Below, piece after piece: positions 58,647 through 64,000 of a DNA stretch of 64,000 nt (position 1 is the first letter of the stretch; each line of letters starts with the position of its first letter). The stretch comes from an uncultured virus (IMG/VR IMGVR_UViG_643886092_000009) (taxonomy: Duplodnaviria > Heunggongvirae > Uroviricota > Caudoviricetes). A program made the position numbers and the translations under genes. Under the pieces are notes generated by a model. That model did not search any database and was not told the DNA's origin. It saw only the letters and a list, made by a program, of their open reading frames with translations. Location of the stretch: IMG/VR virus record IMGVR_UViG_643886092_000009; one strand, 5' to 3'.

Positions 58647-60233
58647 ATGGCGAAACGAACGGTTAAATACTATAATGATAGATTACAAGGCTCTATGAAC
58701 GAAGCAGACTGTGATAATTTAGAGCATATTTTAAAAATGAAAGAAGTAAACGGAAGTATTGACTCATTGAAACATACAATCTATGCTTTATCCGATGAAG
58801 AAGTGGCAAGAATACAACGAGAAAAGAAAGTAGACCCATCTATTTCAAAGGAGAAAGGTACACTAGCGGATAATCAAACACTAGGAACAGCTTACATGTA
58901 CTATTCAGGCGACTGTATTATTGGAGATAGTGTAGGTTTAGGGAAAACTGTACAGGTATCAGCCCTTATTAACTTAAAGAGAAAACAAAACCATGATAAC
59001 GGATTACCTTTCCGCTATTTATTCTTAACGGAGAAAACACTAGTAGAACAGGCGGTAAGAGAGTTAACTCGTTTTACAAGACAGTATGTACATGAGTTAA
59101 CTGGGGAAAAGAAAGAGAACGTAAAATGGCGTGAAGAAATGTGGGACGGGCATAAAGGTGGTATTGTTGCTCCACACTCTTTACTAAAACAGCAAGTCTT
59201 TCATTCATGGTTAGACGATATGTTAGACGAGTATGGTTTAGCAGAAGGAAGCTATTATTTTGATTATCTATTTATAGATGAATCGAGTTTACTAGGTAGT
59301 ACAAGCACACAACTCTATAAGTATGCAGAACTATTAAGAAGGTATGCAAAACATGTTATCTTAATGAATGCAACACCATTCGAAAGTAATTTAGATACAT
59401 TCTATGGTCAATTAAACTTCTTAGACCCAAATTTAATGCCAGCTAAGACTACATTCAAGAAGATATACTACGTATTAGAGTATGGACATGGTCAGAAGAA
59501 GTGGGGTGTTCACAATGGTAAATATAAGAACGCACACGTATTTAGGCATCAAGTGGGGTATTTCTATTTCTATCAAACTCGTAAACAGTTAGGTGCAGAA
59601 ATGAAGAATACAACCTATGAGATTATAACAAGAGAAATGACAAAGGAACAAACAGAGTTAATGAAGCTAACTGATATGTACGGTTATGTATATGATTGTC
59701 CTACGTATTTAGACTCTGATATCCCATTCGATGAAGAGAATGTACCGAAGTTAGACATGTTAGAAGAATTACTAGAAAACAAAATCAAGGTAGGAGAACA
59801 GGTATTAATCTTCTGTCACTATAAAGAATCACAAAGAAGATTACAAGATTGGTTTGAGAACCGTGGATATGATACTGAAATTTTAAATGGCGATATTACA
59901 AACCGAGAAGAACGAAACGGAATTGTAAACGCCTTTAAAGAGAAAGAATATGAAGTATTAATAACTTCAGTTCAGAAAGGGTTAAACTTTGGAGACGTAC
60001 CACATTTAATCTTCTATTCATTTAGTACAAACCCAAACAAAATGATTCAGATGGAAGGTCGTATTACTCGTTCATTCCATATTGAAAATAAAAACTTCTA
60101 TCTACTAGCACATGAAGGTAGAGAGTTAAACAAACTGAAGAAAGATGTTAAGAAGACCTTACAGTCAAGTCGTGACTTCTCTAGTGACGATTTAAGTGCA
60201 GTAGTTGAAATGTTACTAAACCTTATGGATTAA
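58647..60233 (+). CDS. SNF2-family SF2 helicase/translocase
   Basis: GDSVGLGKT, FIDES, NATPFES, VLIFCHY, KGLNF, QMEGRITR. Confidence 0.85.
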   Translation: MAKRTVKYYNDRLQGSMNEADCDNLEHILKMKEVNGSIDSLKHTIYALSDEEVARIQREKKVDPSISKEKGTLADNQTLGTAYMYYSGDCIIGDSVGLGKTVQVSALINLKRKQNHDNGLPFRYLFLTEKTLVEQAVRELTRFTRQYVHELTGEKKENVKWREEMWDGHKGGIVAPHSLLKQQVFHSWLDDMLDEYGLAEGSYYFDYLFIDESSLLGSTSTQLYKYAELLRRYAKHVILMNATPFESNLDTFYGQLNFLDPNLMPAKTTFKKIYYVLEYGHGQKKWGVHNGKYKNAHVFRHQVGYFYFYQTRKQLGAEMKNTTYEIITREMTKEQTELMKLTDMYGYVYDCPTYLDSDIPFDEENVPKLDMLEELLENKIKVGEQVLIFCHYKESQRRLQDWFENRGYDTEILNGDITNREERNGIVNAFKEKEYEVLITSVQKGLNFGDVPHLIFYSFSTNPNKMIQMEGRITRSFHIENKNFYLLAHEGRELNKLKKDVKKTLQSSRDFSSDDLSAVVEMLLNLMD

Positions 60234-60262
60234 GTCTATAGGGTTTGGTAATGAAACTCTAT

Positions 60263-60291
60263 TTGACAAATTGCTTAACTTATGTTATAAT
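60263..60291 (+). promoter_or_regulatory. sigma-A promoter
   Basis: TTGACA-17bp-TATAAT just after a hairpin at 60218-60246. Confidence 0.9.
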
Positions 60292-60323
60292 AAAGGTATA
60301 AAATTTAAAGGTAGGGGCTAAAA

Positions 60324-61247
60324 GTGGATGAATTAAGAGTGAATGAGAAATCAAGAGGGGCTAAATACAGTAACGTTGCTAGGGAAAAGACGGTCACACT
60401 GTTATTTAAAGATGAACCTGTAACATTTTTAAGAGACGAGTACAATAAGAAACTAACTAAATTTATAACAAGATTTGAGAAGCATGATGGGGTAAAGTCA
60501 ATTCGTTGTCACTTCTCTAAAACGTCAGAAAGTATATATGTAATGGTACAGTACGAAAACAGAAGTGGTTACTTGCTATTTACAATTAAAAACCATAAAG
60601 ATTATCGAGTATCTAGTGTTAAGATATTCACAACTACAAAGTTCTATGATATGGCTCATTTAGGTAGAGCAGTTGGAATGTACATACAAGAAGCTAAAAC
60701 AAGTGAAACTTTACTATTTAACTTCAAGTTTGGAACATTCTTAGGGTTAAACACCATTTATAAGTTAGCAAATAAGGGGTATCAGATTACAACTCACCCT
60801 TTAAACTATGAACTGGATTTATCAAGAGATATCTATATTTCATCTAAGGTAAACATTACAGATAGTACATTAATTACAGATGAAGTATTCTTAAAAAGAA
60901 TCAAGAAACTAGTACATTGCGGACTAATTAGAGCCTTCAAAGTAAACGAAGGGGTAGTACGATTCTACGTTTCGATTTTCGGTAGTGAATTATACAAGCA
61001 AAACTCTGAAAAGTATAAACAACAATTAGAATCAACAAACTTAGCAGGTATTGATGGATTATTAGAAAATACAGTAGGTGTATCTAAGAGAACATCTTCT
61101 ACCGCAAAGCATCATAAAAAGAAACCGCACACAAAAGGTTCTTACAAAGGTAAACAGCAATATAAAAAGAAACCGTATCAAGGAAAGTCAGATGGTACTC
61201 AAAAACCAAGCAAACCTCATTATAAGAAGGATGATAATCGGAAATGA
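60324..61247 (+). CDS. basic hypothetical protein with K/Y-rich tail
   Basis: 307-aa ORF downstream of promoter. Confidence 0.75.
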   Translation: MDELRVNEKSRGAKYSNVAREKTVTLLFKDEPVTFLRDEYNKKLTKFITRFEKHDGVKSIRCHFSKTSESIYVMVQYENRSGYLLFTIKNHKDYRVSSVKIFTTTKFYDMAHLGRAVGMYIQEAKTSETLLFNFKFGTFLGLNTIYKLANKGYQITTHPLNYELDLSRDIYISSKVNITDSTLITDEVFLKRIKKLVHCGLIRAFKVNEGVVRFYVSIFGSELYKQNSEKYKQQLESTNLAGIDGLLENTVGVSKRTSSTAKHHKKKPHTKGSYKGKQQYKKKPYQGKSDGTQKPSKPHYKKDDNRK

Positions 61248-61402
61248 GCAGTACAGAAGCAATAATTTCAGCAATTGTAATAGCAGTAGTGGTAGACTGG
61301 GTAAGTGATTCAATGGGTTGGAGTTTGAAATGGAAAAGACTTGCTATCAGTAGTATTATAACCGCTACAATAATAAGTGCAACAATTAAACTGTATATCT
61401 GA
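61244..61402 (+). CDS. 52-aa membrane microprotein (not in ORF track)
   Basis: ATGA overlap with the upstream stop; two hydrophobic helices. Confidence 0.6.
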   Translation: MSSTEAIISAIVIAVVVDWVSDSMGWSLKWKRLAISSIITATIISATIKLYI

Positions 61403-61440
61403 ATGGGTAAAGGATATACAAACAAAAGAGGTGAATCTAT

Positions 61441-61602
61441 GTGCCAACAATGTTAATTTATGCGTATACGTTATCAGTTCTCATTTTCGTATACATGTTA
61501 TGGACGAAGATGGAGACTACAAAGTTTAAGAAGGTATTCTTAACAGGGGTAATTAGTGCTTCTTTATATGCATTAAACTATTTCGGGTTATTCTATAGCT
61601 AA
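61441..61602 (+). CDS. 53-aa membrane microprotein (not in ORF track)
   Basis: GAGGTG RBS; GTG start; hydrophobic. Confidence 0.6.
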   Translation: MPTMLIYAYTLSVLIFVYMLWTKMETTKFKKVFLTGVISASLYALNYFGLFYS

Positions 61603-61663
61603 GGGTTAAGCTATAGGCGAGTAAGCGTAAAAAGAAACTATGGAGAGTATAGGAGTGTTTATC

Positions 61664-61861
61664 ATGAAAGCAGAATACACAGTACACATTTTAAAACTGG
61701 GTTTAGGGTTCATGCTTGCAACATCTATCATAATCGGTTTAGTGAAGAACTTTAGTGTAAGTCCAGTAGAAGTTATTGCATTATTCGTTCTGATTCTAGT
61801 TACACCAAAAACTAACTTAGCTTGGAAAGACCTTGTAGCTGTTTGGAATGGTAGAAAATAA
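61664..61861 (+). CDS. small membrane protein
   Basis: ATG 61664 behind AGGAG. Confidence 0.65.
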   Translation: MKAEYTVHILKLGLGFMLATSIIIGLVKNFSVSPVEVIALFVLILVTPKTNLAWKDLVAVWNGRK

Positions 61862-62111
61862 TATGGGAAAAATGACACCGCCAATTGGTATAACAGGGTA
61901 TACGAAGCCTGTTACAAGAAAGTTAATGAGACAGTTAGTAGAAGAGAACAGATTTCATTTTATTACAGGTTATTCTCCAATCATATACAAACCGGAATTA
62001 GGGACATATGTTTGTCATATGGATGAGAGATATGATAATAAAACAGTAGAAGAGTTATGGGAGTTGTTAAGGGGTAGTAAGGGAGGAAGAAAGTTATGCT
62101 ATCAGGATTAA
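61848..62111 (+). CDS. hypothetical protein
   Basis: 87-aa ORF overlapping both neighbours. Confidence 0.55.
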   Translation: MVENNMGKMTPPIGITGYTKPVTRKLMRQLVEENRFHFITGYSPIIYKPELGTYVCHMDERYDNKTVEELWELLRGSKGGRKLCYQD

Positions 62112-62425
62112 AACGGTTATTCAAACCAAATAAACAAGCGATGAAAGAGAAAGATATCATTATAAATATTAAGGTTATGCAAAAAGATAGAAAGAAACTA
62201 GAAACTGAAAGAGCATTAAAGATTGATGAAATGTGCGAAACAGTAAAAGGTTTATCAAAAGAAAACAAAGATGTAGTAAGTACAAAACTAACAAATGATA
62301 TTATGGAAATCAATGCACAAATTGACCCTAAAATTGAAGAATGTAACTTGTATATTCAAGAGCAGTTAGATAAAGCAATATACCTAAAACTAGATGTAGA
62401 ATATATTAAAGAAATGGTAAGCTAA
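62096..62425 (+). CDS. small helical protein
   Basis: GGGAGG RBS; coiled-coil-like. Confidence 0.7.
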   Translation: MLSGLKRLFKPNKQAMKEKDIIINIKVMQKDRKKLETERALKIDEMCETVKGLSKENKDVVSTKLTNDIMEINAQIDPKIEECNLYIQEQLDKAIYLKLDVEYIKEMVS

Positions 62426-62429
62426 CTAG

Positions 62430-62609
62430 ATGGGTTTTCTAACAGACTTTATTATTTTATCAGTAGTACCAAGTATAGCGTTATTGTTAACAAAGAAGTT
62501 TCCAATGAAACTAAGAATTGTATCAGTTATCATATGGGTTATCATTGTATGTATACTATTAAACACAGAAGCATATAAAGTAGACGGATGCTTAAAAGGT
62601 TGTAAATAA
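62430..62609 (+). CDS. 59-aa membrane microprotein (not in ORF track)
   Basis: MGFLTDFIILSVVPSIALLL...GCLKGCK*; fills the gap between two ORFs. Confidence 0.55.
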   Translation: MGFLTDFIILSVVPSIALLLTKKFPMKLRIVSVIIWVIIVCILLNTEAYKVDGCLKGCK

Positions 62610-62623
62610 GAGAGGGTAATTAA

Positions 62624-62962
62624 ATGAGTACGGAACTTCAATCTATGCAATTAATAGAGAAAATAGTAGAACATAAGGTTAAACTTCTATTACTTAGAGC
62701 AGAAGAACAAAAGCTAGTTGAGTTTGAAGAAAATCATTTACGTGTAAACGGATTACAGTTACATATACCAAGTGTCGTAGCACATACAGAGAAAACATTA
62801 GAAATTAGAAAAGAATATGCAAACAGAATAAAAGCAGTAGGAAAACAGAATGAAAAAGTAATGACTCTATTAAATGCCATGTACCCAAACAAGGAAGAAT
62901 TGGAGAGAACACTTAATAGTGAAACAGTAAAAGCGTATCAATCAGGAAAGTATTCCATATAA
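62624..62962 (+). CDS. small helical protein
   Basis: 112-aa ORF, GAGGG RBS. Confidence 0.7.
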   Translation: MSTELQSMQLIEKIVEHKVKLLLLRAEEQKLVEFEENHLRVNGLQLHIPSVVAHTEKTLEIRKEYANRIKAVGKQNEKVMTLLNAMYPNKEELERTLNSETVKAYQSGKYSI

Positions 62963-62977
62963 AAGGGGTAGGAAGTT

Positions 62978-63289
62978 ATGTTAAACTTTACAAAAGCAGT
63001 AGTAAAGCATATGCAGAAGTATATGAATGAGTTAAAGGACTTGAATGCAGAGGAAGAACGAGTAGTTACAGATTTAAAATTCGTAATGGAAACAAGAAAG
63101 AAAGTAAACGATATTTTAGGTATTTTTGAAGCAGAGGAAGAGTTATTAAACAAGAGAGTACATTTTAATAAACAAAAGAAACTAGTATGGTCAAAATTAT
63201 TAGCGGTGGTAGAGTTTGCAAGTGAATTAGATGCAGAGGAAGAAATGAAACAAATGATTGAAACGATTATGAAAGGTAGAGGGATATGA
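62978..63289 (+). CDS. small helical protein
   Basis: 103-aa ORF. Confidence 0.7.
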   Translation: MLNFTKAVVKHMQKYMNELKDLNAEEERVVTDLKFVMETRKKVNDILGIFEAEEELLNKRVHFNKQKKLVWSKLLAVVEFASELDAEEEMKQMIETIMKGRGI

Positions 63290-63603
63290 CAAATAAGGAA
63301 AGTATCATAAACGCCTTAGTAAGATGTCATAATGCAATCGTCCAGTTAAAGGAACTAGAAGAGTTAAGAAAAGAAGCGGTAGAGATTGATTCTACTAATT
63401 TAAACTTAGATTATATCATGAAGAAGCATAATGAAACAGTACGAGTTCAAGAAATGTATAATAGAAACATTGAAAAAGAGTATGCTAGTTATCAAGCTAT
63501 ATTAAAACTAGCAGAAGAGTTAGGGTATAGTGAGAAAGAGTTAAAACATAAAAGTAAGTTAAGAGTAGAAGAAATAATCAAGTCAGCGGAGAAAGAAGCA
63601 TAA
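63286..63603 (+). CDS. small helical protein
   Basis: 105-aa ORF with ATGA coupling. Confidence 0.7.
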   Translation: MTNKESIINALVRCHNAIVQLKELEELRKEAVEIDSTNLNLDYIMKKHNETVRVQEMYNRNIEKEYASYQAILKLAEELGYSEKELKHKSKLRVEEIIKSAEKEA

Positions 63604-63628
63604 GTTAAAATAGAAACGAGGGGTAATT

Positions 63629-64000
63629 GTGGTTGTTAATTTAGATTTTGCTTTAGAGGGGGATAAAGTTGTACACATTAAAGACAGACTATCTAGAGAT
63701 ATGACTTACAAATGCCCTTTTTGTGGAGACGAAGTAGGTTACAGGAAGGGTAGTGAAAGAGAGCATTGTTTTTACCATAAAAATCTGGAAACTTGTAACC
63801 CTACTAAAGAAACATTACTTCATTATGATTCAAAACATTACCTTTCTAATTTTATTAATAATACGGATTATAGAGTAATAGGTAAAGACTTGTATTTTAC
63901 AGTAAATTGGTCTTTACTAGATGCAGACTATTATAAGATTTTAAAGAATTTAGGAATGACAATGTATTCTATATCTTTGAAGGAACTTTTAAGTTATTAC
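63629..64000 (+). CDS. CoiA-like Zn-finger protein, probable nuclease (runs off window; not in ORF track)
   Basis: GTG behind GAGGGG; YKCPFCGDEVGYRKGSEREHCFYH...C...ETLLHYDSK. Confidence 0.65.
   Translation, partial: MVVNLDFALEGDKVVHIKDRLSRDMTYKCPFCGDEVGYRKGSEREHCFYHKNLETCNPTKETLLHYDSKHYLSNFINNTDYRVIGKDLYFTVNWSLLDADYYKILKNLGMTMYSISLKELLSYY

Larger units (their letters stand above)
37318..60233 (+). mobile_element. conjugative transfer region of a large Bacillus plasmid (pXO16-like, inferred)
   Basis: Co-oriented VirB4-like, FtsK-like, cell-wall hydrolase and many membrane genes; no phage structural genes. Confidence 0.7.
315..63625 (+). repeat. dispersed strand-polarised hexamer GGGGTA
   Basis: ~120 copies on + strand by manual count; reverse complement seen only at 8682, 33677, 44703. 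Confidence 0.85.

Noticed and set aside
445..63153. All minus-strand ORFs in the track
   Set aside because: They are shadows of + strand genes or span intergenic DNA, with S/L/F-rich composition and no RBS or promoter support.
7431..63625. GGGGTA as merely a Shine-Dalgarno variant or Gly-Val codon pair
   Set aside because: Only a minority precede start codons; most are intragenic and occur in all three frames. A formal shuffle test is still needed.
1..64000. Large/jumbo phage genome (strong early-type promoters, many small ORFs)
   Set aside because: No terminase, capsid, portal or tail genes seen, while VirB4/FtsK/hydrolase/ArdC point to conjugation. A phage-plasmid cannot be excluded from this window alone.
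1..64000. tRNA/rRNA genes, IS elements, integrase
   Set aside because: No cloverleaf, rRNA-like sequence, transposase or recombinase motifs recognised by eye.

Overview
AT-rich (roughly one-third GC by eye) Firmicute mobile DNA with essentially all real genes on the + strand. B. cereus-group-type cell-wall repeats and sigma-A promoters point to a Bacillus cereus/thuringiensis host. The content fits a large conjugative plasmid. It resembles what I recall of the pXO16-type megaplasmid 'tip' transfer locus, which I could not verify. ~1-24 kb is an accessory/'establishment'-like region: an ArdC-like protein, a secreted SH3-repeat/C39 peptidase, three tandem arrays of paralogous unknown proteins, two broken genes and an XRE regulator, with 11 of the window's 14 near-identical strong sigma-A promoters. 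~24-37 kb has acidic and putative DNA-binding proteins, a dnaX homolog, a tandem HU-like protein and three paralogous membrane proteins. ~37-60 kb is a divergent Gram-positive T4SS-like cluster: a giant membrane protein, an NlpC/P60-CHAP hydrolase, a VirB4-like ATPase, an FtsK/SpoIIIE ATPase, SpoVG and an SNF2 helicase, with no recognisable relaxase. The strongest unexplained signal is the hexamer GGGGTA: about 120 copies on the + strand by manual count versus about 3 on the - strand, in all three reading frames. It is a candidate KOPS-like polarity code for the element's own FtsK, whose missing winged-helix domain may be supplied by the next gene. GATC and GCWGC appear to be purged. All family calls come from motifs read by eye; no database searches were run.
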